NCBI GenBank assembly: GCA_009920775.1
Contig: RFZI01000001.1
Span: forward strand, 1 to 60,604
Length of the DNA: 60,604 bases
From: Paracoccaceae bacterium
GTDB lineage: Bacteria; Pseudomonadota; Alphaproteobacteria; Rhodobacterales; Rhodobacteraceae
Direction of reading: 5' to 3'
Under the pieces are notes generated by a model, which made no database searches, was not told the origin of the DNA, and worked only from the letters and a program-made list of their open reading frames with translations. The translations under genes were made by a program, and so were the position numbers. Shown here one piece after another: positions 49,826-59,711 of this stretch. Position 1 is the first letter of the stretch; each line of letters starts with the position of its first letter.

Positions 49826-51694
49826 ATGAGCGCTGCCACGCTTTTACGCGACGTATTCGGATTCGACGCCTTCCGCGGGCTGCGCGAGGCGGGGGTTGAG
49901 GCAGGCGCGCTGACCTCGGGCAATACGCCGGAAGAGACAGACGCGGTTTGGGAGGCGCTCGAGGCGGGGCGGCTCAAGCTCCTCTACATGGCGCCCGAAC
50001 GCCTCGCCGCCGGTGGCGTGCCGCAGATGCTCCGCCGCGCGGGCGTGACGCTCATCGCCGTGGACGAGGCGCATTGCGTGAGCCAATGGGGCCATGATTT
50101 CCGCCCCGACTACCTGCGCATCGGCGATCTGCGCCGCGAGCTTGGCGTGCCGCTTGCAGCTTTCACCGCCACCGCCGACGCCGAAACCCGCGACGAGATC
50201 ATCGAAAAGCTCTTCGGCGGGGCCGAGCCCGAGGTTTTCCTGCACGGTTTTGACCGGCCCAACATCCACCTCTCCTTCGCCGTCAAAGACAGCCCACGCC
50301 AGCAGATTCTCCGCTTTGCCGAGGCACGGCGTGGGCAATCGGGGATCGTCTATTGCGGCACGCGGGCCAAGACCGAGGTTCTATCGCAGGCACTGCGCGA
50401 GGCCGGCCACAATTCCGCCCACTACCACGGCGGAATGGAGGCCGAGGACCGGCGGATCACCGAGGCGCGGTTTCAGCAGGAGGATGGCCTCATCGTCGTG
50501 GCGACCGTGGCCTTCGGCATGGGGATCGACAAGCCGGATATCCGCTGGGTTGCGCACGCCGACCTGCCGAAATCCATCGAGGCCTATTATCAGGAAATCG
50601 GCCGCGCGGGCCGCGACGGCGCGCCCGCCGAGGCATTCACCCTCTTCGGCCCCGACGACATCCGCTTTCGCCGCCAACAGATAGATGAAGGCCTCGCCCC
50701 GCCCGAACGCCGCATGGCCGACCACGGGCGGCTGAATGCGCTTCTGGGTCTCGCCGAGGCGCTCGATTGCCGTCGCCACGCGCTCCTGCAGTATTTCGGC
50801 GAAGAAGTTGCCCAGTGCGGCAACTGCGATCTGTGCGACAAGCCCGCCGAGGTGTTTGACGGGACGGAACCTGTCCGCATGGCCCTTTCCGCAGCGCTTC
50901 GCACCGGTGAGCGGTTTGGTTCGGGGCATCTTATCGACATCCTTCTCGGTGGCGAGACCGACAAGGTCCGCCAGAACGGTCACGACAGCTTGCCGACCTT
51001 TGGCGTGGGCAAGGCCTATGACCGCCGCCAGTGGCAGGCGATCTTTCGGCAGATGATGGGCCACGATCTGATCCGCCCCGATCCCGAAATGCACGGCGGC
51101 CTGCGGATGACCGATCGCGCCCGCCCGATCCTGCGCGGCGACGAGACGATCCAGCTCCGCGCCGATACGATCCGCGCGGCCAAAGGCGCGGGGCCGAAGG
51201 TCAAGATGCTGGTGAGCGACGAGGACGCGCCGCTTCTCTCGGCGCTCAAGGCCAAGCGGCGGGCATTGGCCGAGGCGGCAGGCGTCCCGGCCTATATCAT
51301 CTTCAACGACAAGACCCTGATCGAGATGGCCGAGACCCGCCCCGCCACGCTCGACCAGATGGCGCGGGTCGGCGGCGTGGGGGCGAAGAAGCTCGAACAC
51401 TACGGCATGGCCTTTCTTGAGGTGATCGCCGGAGAGGCCGAGGCGCTGCACCCTCGGCGGCGCAAGCTGGCGGGGAAAGAGGCAGGGTCGGTCTATGATC
51501 AGCTGCTTGAGGCGCAGAATAGTCTGAGCCGCGGCGCTGACGGCACCGGCAAACCCATGAGTTGCACCGCCTCGGTGCTGGCCCGTTTGGCCGAGGCTCA
51601 CCCTGCTGATCTTGGCGGGATCGAGCGGATCATCGGCGCCCGCCACGCCGAACGGTTCGGCCCCGCCTTCCTTGAAATCCTGCAGGGCGGTTGA
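49826..51694 (+). CDS. recQ: RecQ-family DNA helicase lacking helicase motifs 0/I/Ia (in-frame internal deletion; probably inactive)
   Basis: 622 aa. N-terminus LLRDVFGFDAFRG runs directly into LREAGVEAGALTSGNT. No GxGKS/T Walker A occurs anywhere in the ORF. DEAH (VDEAHCVSQWGHDFRPDY), motifs III-VI, the Zn cluster CGNCDLC and HRDC (YIIFNDKTLIEMA) are present. Confidence 0.85.
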   Translation: MSAATLLRDVFGFDAFRGLREAGVEAGALTSGNTPEETDAVWEALEAGRLKLLYMAPERLAAGGVPQMLRRAGVTLIAVDEAHCVSQWGHDFRPDYLRIGDLRRELGVPLAAFTATADAETRDEIIEKLFGGAEPEVFLHGFDRPNIHLSFAVKDSPRQQILRFAEARRGQSGIVYCGTRAKTEVLSQALREAGHNSAHYHGGMEAEDRRITEARFQQEDGLIVVATVAFGMGIDKPDIRWVAHADLPKSIEAYYQEIGRAGRDGAPAEAFTLFGPDDIRFRRQQIDEGLAPPERRMADHGRLNALLGLAEALDCRRHALLQYFGEEVAQCGNCDLCDKPAEVFDGTEPVRMALSAALRTGERFGSGHLIDILLGGETDKVRQNGHDSLPTFGVGKAYDRRQWQAIFRQMMGHDLIRPDPEMHGGLRMTDRARPILRGDETIQLRADTIRAAKGAGPKVKMLVSDEDAPLLSALKAKRRALAEAAGVPAYIIFNDKTLIEMAETRPATLDQMARVGGVGAKKLEHYGMAFLEVIAGEAEALHPRRRKLAGKEAGSVYDQLLEAQNSLSRGADGTGKPMSCTASVLARLAEAHPADLGGIERIIGARHAERFGPAFLEILQGG

Positions 51695-51739
51695 ACCTCC
51701 GGCCCTATCTGCTAGCACTCGCCCGCAAAGGAGACTGCC

Positions 51740-52504
51740 ATGCTCGTTGTGATCTCGCCCGCCAAGGCGCTTGATTTCTCGCCCGTGCCGCACGCGCCGA
51801 CCGAACCCGCCTATCGGGCCGATGCCGCGCGCCTTGCCAAGACGGCGCGCAATTTGACTCTGGGCGATCTGAAGAAGCTCATGAGCATCTCCGACGACCT
51901 CGCCCACCTCAACCGCGACCGGTTTCGCGCGTTTCAGGACGAGCCCTCGGTTGAGGCGATCAAACCAGCGGCCTATGCCTTCGATGGCGATACCTATACG
52001 GGCCTCGATGCGGCCACGATGTCGGAAGACGAGCTGCGCTGGGCGCAGGGGCATTTGCGGATCCTGTCCGGCCTCTATGGCCTCTTGCGTCCGCTCGATG
52101 GAATCCAGCCCTATCGCCTCGAAATGGGCAGCCGGCTGAAAACGCGGCGGGGCAAGACCCTCTATGACTATTGGGGCGAGAGCCTGTCGAAAGAGCTTGT
52201 GCGTCTCGGGGCCGAGGCGGGGACCGATATCCTCGTCAACTGCGCCAGTCAGGAATATTTCGGCGCGGTCGACAACAAGGCGCTGAAGCTGCGGGTGGTC
52301 ACACCGCAGTTCATGGAGGTCAAGAACGGCCAGCCGCGCATCGTTTCGTTCTTTGCCAAACAGGCCCGCGGCGCGATGGCCCGCTATATCGTCGACAACC
52401 GCCTCACCGATCCCGAGGCGCTCAAGGATTTCGGGGCCGGAGGCTATGCCTTCGACCCCGATCTTTCGGAAGGCGACCGCCTCGTGTTCCTGCGCGAGGG
52501 CTAG
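51740..52504 (+). CDS. yaaA: peroxide stress protein YaaA (UPF0246)
   Basis: 254 aa. MLVVISPAKALDF..YxGLD..LRILSGLYGLLRPLD..YRLEM signature. AAGGAG RBS. Confidence 0.85.
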   Translation: MLVVISPAKALDFSPVPHAPTEPAYRADAARLAKTARNLTLGDLKKLMSISDDLAHLNRDRFRAFQDEPSVEAIKPAAYAFDGDTYTGLDAATMSEDELRWAQGHLRILSGLYGLLRPLDGIQPYRLEMGSRLKTRRGKTLYDYWGESLSKELVRLGAEAGTDILVNCASQEYFGAVDNKALKLRVVTPQFMEVKNGQPRIVSFFAKQARGAMARYIVDNRLTDPEALKDFGAGGYAFDPDLSEGDRLVFLREG

Positions 52505-53676
52505 AGCCGCTCGATGGCGAGCGCGATGCCCTGACCGCCGCCGATGCACATGGTGATGAGGCCGCGCTTGCCGCCGGTGCGCTCGAGCTCATACATCGTC
52601 TTGACCGTGATGATCGCGCCCGTCGCGCCGACCGGATGGCCAAGAGCAATCGCGCCGCCGTTGGGGTTGACGATGGCCGGATCGAAGCCGAGCTCTTTGG
52701 ACACGGCAAGCGCCTGCGAGGCGAAGGCTTCGTTCGATTCGATCACGTCGAAATCGCTGGCCTTGAGGCCGGTGCGCTGCAACAGAAGCTTCACCGCCGG
52801 AACCGGCCCGATCCCCATGACCTCGGGGCGCACGCCCGCATGGGCATAGCCCAAGACCTTGAACTTGGGCGTCAGCCCGGCCTTTTCCGCCGCCTCGCGC
52901 CGCGCCAGAACCACCGCCGCCGCGCCATCGTTGAGGCCGCTGGCGTTGCCTGCGGTAACGGAGCCGTCCTTCTCGAACGCGGCCCGCAGGCCGGCGAGGG
53001 TCTCGGTGGTGGTCGGCTTGGGGTGTTCGTCGGTGACGAAATCGACCATATCGCGCTTCACCTTCACCGGAACCGGCACGATCTGATCCTTGAAATGGCC
53101 GGCCGCAATGGCCGCAGCCGCGCGGCGCTGGCTTTCGGCCGCAAACTCGTCTTGCATCTGGCGGGTAATATCGTGCTCACGCGCCACGTTCTCGGCGGTC
53201 ACGCCCATGTGGCCGGTGCCAAAGGGGCAGTGCAGCGCGCCGAGCATCATGTCGAGCGTGCGGATATCGCCCATCTTCGCGCCCCAGCGCTGATCGGGGA
53301 CGATATAGGGGGCGCGGCTCATGCTTTCCGAGCCGCCCGCAAGGGCGAAATCGGCGTCGCCCAGCATGAGCGACTGAACCATCGAGACGATCGCCTGAAC
53401 GCCCGAACCACAAAGGCGGTTGACGTTCATCGCTGGCGTCGAATTGGGCACACCGGCCTGCATCGAGGCGACGCGGCTGAGATACATATCGCGCGGCTCG
53501 GTGTTGATCACCTGACCAAAGGCCACCTGCCCGATCTGGCCGCCCTCTACGCCCGCGCGTTCAAGCGCAGCCTTGGCAACGATGGTGCCCATCTCGATGG
53601 GCGAGGTTCCGGCAAGGCTTCCGCCGAAGGTGCCGATGGCGGTGCGGGCGCCGGAGAGGATGACGATGTCGGACAT
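52501..53676 (-). CDS. acetyl-CoA C-acetyltransferase (thiolase II)
   Basis: 391 aa. NRLCGSGVQA active-site Cys, and NPNGGAIALGHP..GCIGGGQG-type C-terminal motifs (here MCIGGGQG). Confidence 0.9.
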   Translation of the reverse strand: MSDIVILSGARTAIGTFGGSLAGTSPIEMGTIVAKAALERAGVEGGQIGQVAFGQVINTEPRDMYLSRVASMQAGVPNSTPAMNVNRLCGSGVQAIVSMVQSLMLGDADFALAGGSESMSRAPYIVPDQRWGAKMGDIRTLDMMLGALHCPFGTGHMGVTAENVAREHDITRQMQDEFAAESQRRAAAAIAAGHFKDQIVPVPVKVKRDMVDFVTDEHPKPTTTETLAGLRAAFEKDGSVTAGNASGLNDGAAAVVLARREAAEKAGLTPKFKVLGYAHAGVRPEVMGIGPVPAVKLLLQRTGLKASDFDVIESNEAFASQALAVSKELGFDPAIVNPNGGAIALGHPVGATGAIITVKTMYELERTGGKRGLITMCIGGGQGIALAIERL

Positions 53677-53810
53677 GGGGGCCTCCTGAGGAATGAGTCG
53701 CGGTGCACTCTAGCGATCAGGCGCGGGCGGGAAAGCACGACGTCCCGTCACTGCAGGTTGCATTTCGGCGCGATTGGTGTCTTTTCGAGATAGCTGAGCC
53801 GGAGTCTTCC

Positions 53811-54998
53811 ATGTCGAGCGATTTCCTGAATTCGATCCGCGAGACCCTCGCCGGGATCGAGGCCGATGGCCTGATGAAGCGCGAACGCCTGATCACCTCG
53901 CCGCAGGGCGGGCGGATCGAAGTGGGCGATCGCAAGGTGATCAACCTCTGCGCCAACAACTATCTTGGCCTTGCCGACCACCCCGCGCTGATCGCCGCCG
54001 CCGAAACCGCGATGCACGACCACGGCTATGGCATGGCCTCGGTCCGGTTCATCTGCGGCACGCAGGATTTGCACCGCGAGCTGGAAGAGCGCCTCGCCGC
54101 CTTTCTTGGCCACGACGACTCGATCCTCTTCGCTGCCTGTTTTGACGCCAATGGCGCGCTCTTCGAGCCCCTCTTGGGGCCGGAAGACGCAGTGATTTCC
54201 GACGCGCTCAACCATGCCTCGATCATCGACGGCATTCGCCTGTGCAAGGCGCGGCGCTATCGGTTCGCCAACTCGGACATGGACGATCTCGAGGCCCAGC
54301 TGAAACAGGCCCGCGCCGATGGGGCGCGGCACATCATGATCGCGACAGATGGCGTCTTTTCGATGGACGGCTATCTCGCCAAGCTGCCGGAAATCCGCGC
54401 CTTGGCCGACACATACGATGCGCTCCTGATGGTCGATGATTGCCACGCGACCGGTTTCATGGGGCCGAAGGGGGCAGGAACGCCCGCGCATTTCGGCGTG
54501 AAGGCGGATATGATGACCGGCACTCTGGGCAAGGCCCTTGGCGGGGCCTTGGGCGGCTATATCGCGGGACCGCAGCCCGTGATCGACCTCCTGCGCCAGC
54601 GCGCGCGCCCCTATCTCTTCTCCAACGCCCTGCCGCCCGCCGTGGTGGCCGCCGGTCTTGCCGCGCTTGATCTGGTGGAACAGGGCGACGACCTCCGCGC
54701 CCGGCTTTTCGAGAATGCCGCCTACTGGCGGGCGGGGCTGGAAAAAGCAGGCTTTGACCTGCTGCCCGGTGAGCATCCGATCGTGCCGGTCATGCTCTAT
54801 GACGCCCGCCTTGCCCAAGCGATGGCCGCGCGGCTTTTCGAGCTTGGCGTCTATGTCGCCGGCTTCTTCTTTCCCGTGGTCCCCAAAGGCCGCGCCCGCA
54901 TCCGCACCCAGATGAACGCGGCCCTGACCCGCGCCGACCTCGATGAAGCTCTCGCCGCCTTTGCCCAAGCAGGCCGCGATACCGGAGTTCTGAAATGA
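53811..54998 (+). CDS. kbl: glycine C-acetyltransferase (2-amino-3-ketobutyrate CoA ligase)
   Basis: Start at [13 protein letters not shown] (ATG 53811). [17 protein letters not shown] and the PLP lysine motif GTLGKALGG. Confidence 0.9.
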   Translation: MSSDFLNSIRETLAGIEADGLMKRERLITSPQGGRIEVGDRKVINLCANNYLGLADHPALIAAAETAMHDHGYGMASVRFICGTQDLHRELEERLAAFLGHDDSILFAACFDANGALFEPLLGPEDAVISDALNHASIIDGIRLCKARRYRFANSDMDDLEAQLKQARADGARHIMIATDGVFSMDGYLAKLPEIRALADTYDALLMVDDCHATGFMGPKGAGTPAHFGVKADMMTGTLGKALGGALGGYIAGPQPVIDLLRQRARPYLFSNALPPAVVAAGLAALDLVEQGDDLRARLFENAAYWRAGLEKAGFDLLPGEHPIVPVMLYDARLAQAMAARLFELGVYVAGFFFPVVPKGRARIRTQMNAALTRADLDEALAAFAQAGRDTGVLK

Positions 54999-56032
54999 CC
55001 AACCAGATGAAAGCGCTTGCCAAGACCAAGCCCGAACCGGGCCTGTCGATGATCCATGCGCCGGTGCCGGAAATCGGCCCCGACGACGTTCTCATCAAGA
55101 TCAACAAGACCGGCATCTGTGGCACCGATATCCATATCTGGAACTGGGACGCCTGGGCGCAGAAGACAGTCCCCGTGCCGCTCATCACCGGCCACGAATT
55201 TGCGGGCGAGATCGTCGAGATCGGCCGCAATGTCGAAGGGCTCGAGATCGGCCAGCGCTGTTCGGGTGAGGGGCATCTCATCGGCAAGAAAAGCCGCCAG
55301 AGCCGCGCCGGCAAGTTTCACCTCGATCCCGCCACGCGGGGGATTGGCGTGAACGAGCAGGGGGCTTTTGCGCAATACCTCAAGCTGCCCGCCTTCAACG
55401 TGGTGCCGCTGCCCGATGCCATCGACGATGAAATCGGCGCGATCCTCGATCCCTTGGGCAATGCCGTGCATACGGCGCTGAGTTTCGATCTGGTGGGCGA
55501 GGATGTTCTGATCACCGGCGCTGGCCCCATCGGCATCATGGCCGCCGCTGTCGCCCGCCATGTGGGCGCACGCCATGTGGTGATCACCGATATCAACCAA
55601 GATCGCCTCGACCTTGCGGCGCGGGTGGCGGATGTGGTTCCGGTCAATGTGGCGAAGCAGGATCTGAAAGAGGTCGAGACCGGCCTCAAGATGAAAGAGG
55701 GCTTCGACGTGGGCCTTGAGATGTCGGGTAGCCAGCAGGCTCTTGATCAGATGGTGGAAAACCTCGTCATGGGCGGGCGGATCGCGCTTCTCGGCATCCC
55801 GCCGGGCAAATCTCCGGTGGATTGGAGCCGGATTGTCTTCAAGGCGATCACCATCAAAGGCGTCTATGGCCGCGAGATATTCGAGACATGGTACAAGATG
55901 ATCGCCATGCTGGAGAACGGCCTCGATGTGCGGGGCGTGATCACCCATCGCTTCAAGGTCGATGACTTCGTGCAGGGCTTTGACGCGATGCGCGGCGGTT
56001 CGTCGGGCAAGGTCGTTCTCGACTGGACTTGA
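54995..56032 (+). CDS. tdh: L-threonine 3-dehydrogenase
   Basis: 345 aa. Zn-ADH motifs [18 protein letters not shown], and Rossmann [15 protein letters not shown] overlap with kbl. Confidence 0.9.
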   Translation: MTNQMKALAKTKPEPGLSMIHAPVPEIGPDDVLIKINKTGICGTDIHIWNWDAWAQKTVPVPLITGHEFAGEIVEIGRNVEGLEIGQRCSGEGHLIGKKSRQSRAGKFHLDPATRGIGVNEQGAFAQYLKLPAFNVVPLPDAIDDEIGAILDPLGNAVHTALSFDLVGEDVLITGAGPIGIMAAAVARHVGARHVVITDINQDRLDLAARVADVVPVNVAKQDLKEVETGLKMKEGFDVGLEMSGSQQALDQMVENLVMGGRIALLGIPPGKSPVDWSRIVFKAITIKGVYGREIFETWYKMIAMLENGLDVRGVITHRFKVDDFVQGFDAMRGGSSGKVVLDWT

Positions 56033-56081
56033 CCCGTTTTCAGCTCCTGTCAGACTGCAACGGTCTGGGCTGGGGGCTAGG

Positions 56082-56195
56082 ATGACACGATACGCCGCAG
56101 ATACGCTCCGTTTCATCCGCATCGCGGCGGTGTTCTTCTGCATCGGCAAGGCGCTGCCCATTGCCCTCGTCATGGTTATCGAGGTGATGGCATGA
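56082..56195 (+). CDS. small hydrophobic protein (37 aa), hypothetical
   Basis: MTRYAADTLRFIRIAAVFFCIGKALPIALVMVIEVMA has one TM helix. ATGA overlap with the next small ORF. Weak RBS. Confidence 0.3.
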   Translation: MTRYAADTLRFIRIAAVFFCIGKALPIALVMVIEVMA

Positions 56196-56446
56196 GCGGC
56201 TTTCCGGTCATGCTCATCGTTCAGGGTGTGGTGTTCCTTCTCTGGGCCCTTCTCGCCGTGCGCATCCTTCTGCACCTACGTGCAAGGGCAAGGGATCACG
56301 CGGGGCATATGGTGCCGCGGCCTGCCGAGTGGATTTCGGCTACGGAAGAGTGGTTGGCCGACCGGGAAGAGGCCAACGTGCGGCGGGTTCTCTTGCTGCT
56401 CAGTGTGATCCTGATCGGTCTGAGCATTTGGGGCCGCACGAGCTAG
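56192..56446 (+). CDS. small membrane protein (84 aa), hypothetical
   Basis: Two predicted TM helices (FPVMLIVQGVVFLLWALLAV and VLLLLSVILIGLSIW) flanking a charged loop. No family recognised. Confidence 0.4.
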   Translation: MSGFPVMLIVQGVVFLLWALLAVRILLHLRARARDHAGHMVPRPAEWISATEEWLADREEANVRRVLLLLSVILIGLSIWGRTS

Positions 56447-56504
56447 GCGCGGCGGTCTGCCGCTGGCTCTGGTGAAGGGCGTAAAGCGGGCCTATATCCG
56501 GCCC

Positions 56505-58664
56505 ATGCAACGCACCGTTCCCTTGACCCGTGATCTTGTTCTGATTGGTGGCGGCCATAGCCACGCCCTTGTCCTGCGGATGTGGGGGATGAACCCTTTG
56601 CCGGGGGTGCGGGTGACGGTGGTCAACCCGCTGCCGACTGCCGCCTATTCTGGGATGCTGCCGGGGTTCGTCGCGGGGCACTACACCCGAGAGCAGCTGG
56701 ATATCGACCTCGTCCGCCTCGCCCGCTTTGCCGGAGCCCGCGTGATCATCGGTGCGGCCGAGGGGATCGACACCGAAAAACGTGAGGTCCGCATCGCGGG
56801 GCAGGCGCCGATTTCCTATGATGTGGCGTCGGTCGATGTGGGCATCACCTCCGAAATGCCAGCTTTGCCGGGGTTTCCCGAGCATGGCATTCCTGCCAAA
56901 CCCTTGGCTGAGTTTGCGGCCAAGTGGGACGCCTATCGCACCACCGCCAAAGCACCCAAGGTCGCCGTGATCGGCGCGGGGATTGCTGGCGCGGAACTGG
57001 CTATGGCGATGGCGCATACGTTGAAGGATCGGAGCGGCAAGGTCACGCTGATCGACAAGTCAGGAGCGCTCCCGGGGATGACCGAGAAGGCGCGCGACAA
57101 GGTCTTGGCGGCGATGGCAGAGGCGGGGGTCGATCTGATCGAGAACGCGCCGATTGCGTCCGTCGGCGCCGATGGGGTCCGGCTTGAGGACGGGCGGCTC
57201 ATCGAGGCCGAATTCGTCAACGGCGCGGCGGGTGCGCGGCCGCATGACTGGATCGCCACCTCGGGGCTCGATCTGGTCGACGGCTATATCGCCGTGGGGC
57301 CGACCCTGCGCTCGAGCGATCCGGCGATCTTCGCCACCGGCGATTGCGCCCACATGACCCACGCGCCGCGCCCCAAGGCGGGCGTTTATGCCGTGCGGCA
57401 GGCGCCGATCCTCTACAACAACCTGCGCTCCGCGCTGACCGAAAAGGGCCGGATGCGCCCCTATCAGCCGCAGCGCGATTATCTCAAGCTGGTCTCCCTC
57501 GGTCGCCGTTCGGCTTTGGCCGACAAGTTCGGCACCGCCGTGCGCGGGCCGCTTCTGTGGCTCTGGAAAGACCGGATCGACCGCAAATTCATGGCGATGC
57601 TCGACGATCTGCCGAAGATGCCCGTGCCGCCCCTGCCGAAGGAAATCGCCGCCGGTGCCGTCGAGGCGCTGGGTGACAAGCCGATGTGCGGCGGCTGCGG
57701 TGCCAAGGTCGGGCGCGGGGCGCTTCGCAATGCGCTTGCCAGCCTACCCGCGACCACGCGCAAGGATATCACACCCTTGCCCGGCGATGATGCCGCGCTC
57801 CTGACCACCGGCGGCGCGCAGCAGGTGATCACCACCGACCACCTGCGCAGTCTGACGAATGATCACGCCCTGATGACCCGCATCGCCGCGGTCCATGCGC
57901 TGGGCGATATCTGGGCGATGGGCGCGAAGCCTCAGGCGGCGACGGTCAACGTCATCCTGCCGCGCATGTCGGCCGCCCTGCAGGAGCGCACGATGCGCGA
58001 GATCATGGGCGCGGCGAACGAAGTCATTTCCGGCGCGGGCGCGGCGATTGTCGGGGGCCATTCCTCGATGGGCGACGAGCTGACCATCGGCTTCACGCTC
58101 ACTGGCCTTTGCGAGAAAGCACCGATCACCCTCGGCGGGGCCAGGGCAGACGATGCGCTGATCCTCACGAAGCCTGTCGGCTCGGGCGTCCTGATGGCCG
58201 CCGAGATGGCAGGCATTGCGCCGGGGGCGGATGTGGTGGCGGCCTATGCGCAGATGCTCCAGCCGCAGGGGCTTGCCTCGGAAATCCTCGGCAAAGCCCA
58301 CGCCATGACCGACCTCACCGGCTTTGGTATCGCCGGACACCTCTCGGGCATCTGCGAGGCTTCGGGCCTTGCCGCCGAAATCAGCCTCGATGCCGTGCCT
58401 CTGATGCAAGGGGCGCTTGCGCTGTCCGAAAAGGGTGTCCGCTCGTCGCTCTACCCCGACAACGTCGCGGGGGCGGGGATTGTCACAGGCCGGAAAGGGC
58501 CGCTCGCGGATCTGGTATTCGATCCGCAAACAGCGGGCGGCCTCTTGGCGGCGGTTCCGGCTGACAGGGCGGATGAACTGGTCAAGAAGCTCTGGCTCGC
58601 GGGCTATCCGGCGGCGCGGATCGGGCGCATGATCGACGGCCCGCCGTCGGTCACACTGGTCTGA
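56505..58664 (+). CDS. selD: fusion protein: FAD-dependent pyridine nucleotide-disulfide oxidoreductase domain plus selenide, water dikinase SelD
   Basis: The N-terminal ~370 aa carry the dinucleotide fold LVLIGGGHSHA and VAVIGAGIAGAE. The C-terminal half has the SelD motif CGGCGAKVG (Cys/Lys site), DDAALL, the AIR-synthase-like fold and DLTGFGIAGHL. Confidence 0.85.
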   Translation: MQRTVPLTRDLVLIGGGHSHALVLRMWGMNPLPGVRVTVVNPLPTAAYSGMLPGFVAGHYTREQLDIDLVRLARFAGARVIIGAAEGIDTEKREVRIAGQAPISYDVASVDVGITSEMPALPGFPEHGIPAKPLAEFAAKWDAYRTTAKAPKVAVIGAGIAGAELAMAMAHTLKDRSGKVTLIDKSGALPGMTEKARDKVLAAMAEAGVDLIENAPIASVGADGVRLEDGRLIEAEFVNGAAGARPHDWIATSGLDLVDGYIAVGPTLRSSDPAIFATGDCAHMTHAPRPKAGVYAVRQAPILYNNLRSALTEKGRMRPYQPQRDYLKLVSLGRRSALADKFGTAVRGPLLWLWKDRIDRKFMAMLDDLPKMPVPPLPKEIAAGAVEALGDKPMCGGCGAKVGRGALRNALASLPATTRKDITPLPGDDAALLTTGGAQQVITTDHLRSLTNDHALMTRIAAVHALGDIWAMGAKPQAATVNVILPRMSAALQERTMREIMGAANEVISGAGAAIVGGHSSMGDELTIGFTLTGLCEKAPITLGGARADDALILTKPVGSGVLMAAEMAGIAPGADVVAAYAQMLQPQGLASEILGKAHAMTDLTGFGIAGHLSGICEASGLAAEISLDAVPLMQGALALSEKGVRSSLYPDNVAGAGIVTGRKGPLADLVFDPQTAGGLLAAVPADRADELVKKLWLAGYPAARIGRMIDGPPSVTLV

Positions 58665-59703
58665 CGATCCCGGCCACCGCCTTTGCGGCCTCGACCAAAG
58701 TCTCGGCATCAAGGCGCTCGGCCCTGACCGTGCCGATCCGCTCCGGCTCGTGCACGGCGCGGGATTTGGCATAGGCGGGGTCGTAGTGGTCCGACATGAG
58801 AGCGGCTGCCAGTTCGGTCATTTTGCCCTCGGCCAGCAAAGCCTCCCAGCGTTCGACCGTCTCATGCCCGCGATGCTGGCGGATCGGCTGGAGCTTTTGC
58901 CGAAGCGCCGCCGGCTCGGCAATCACATCGGCATAGGCGCGGGTCAGATACTCGGCCCGTGCCTCCAAAGGCGCAGTAATCTCGATCCGGGGTGCCGCGC
59001 ACATGGCGGCCCAGACCGAGGGCGGCACGATCAGCTTGCCGATCTTGCTGCTTTCCGCTTCGACGACCACAGGCCGCGCCGGATCAAGCCCGACTAGCGC
59101 GCAGGCGACAGCGGTTTCAAAAGCCTTCTGGCTTGGCTGATCATCGCTGAACCCGCCAAGAAGCGAGCCGCGATGATGGGCGAGGCCCTCGAGATCGAGC
59201 TTCTGCACACCGAGGCCGGGCAGAAGGCGGAGAATGTCGCTCTTCGCGGTGCCGGTATAGCCGTCGATCAGGATCAGACGATGCTGCAGCGGATCGTCGT
59301 AGACGACCTTGTGCACCAGCCGCCGAAACGCCTGATAGCCGCCCTTGATCGTATCGGTCCGCCAGCCGATTTGGGCGAGGATGCTGGAAAAGCTGCCCGA
59401 CCGTTGCCCGCCGCGCCAGCAATAGACGAGGGGGCGCCAGCTTCCGTCGCGGTCTCTCATATGTTGGTCGATAGCATCGGCGGCATTGCGGGCCACCATC
59501 GCGGCGCCGATCTTCTTGGCCTCGAAAGCGCTGACCTGCGTGTACATCGTGCCGACCTCGGCCCGCTGCTCGTTCGAGAGCGCCGGCATATTCACCGCAC
59601 CGGGGATGTGATCGAGCGCGTATTCGGCGGGCGAGCGTACGTCGATCACGGTGTCAAACCCGTGGTTCATAAGGTCAGCAAGGGATTGAAACTCGCGCGG
59701 CAT
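58651..59703 (-). CDS. selU: tRNA 2-selenouridine synthase SelU (MnmH/YbbB)
   Basis: Start at MPREFQSL (ATG 59703). Rhodanese domain with CWRGGQRSG, P-loop-like GYTGTAKS. Converges on selD with a 14-bp overlap. Confidence 0.85.
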   Translation of the reverse strand: MPREFQSLADLMNHGFDTVIDVRSPAEYALDHIPGAVNMPALSNEQRAEVGTMYTQVSAFEAKKIGAAMVARNAADAIDQHMRDRDGSWRPLVYCWRGGQRSGSFSSILAQIGWRTDTIKGGYQAFRRLVHKVVYDDPLQHRLILIDGYTGTAKSDILRLLPGLGVQKLDLEGLAHHRGSLLGGFSDDQPSQKAFETAVACALVGLDPARPVVVEAESSKIGKLIVPPSVWAAMCAAPRIEITAPLEARAEYLTRAYADVIAEPAALRQKLQPIRQHRGHETVERWEALLAEGKMTELAAALMSDHYDPAYAKSRAVHEPERIGTVRAERLDAETLVEAAKAVAGIVRPV

Positions 59704-59711
59704 CGTCTTGC

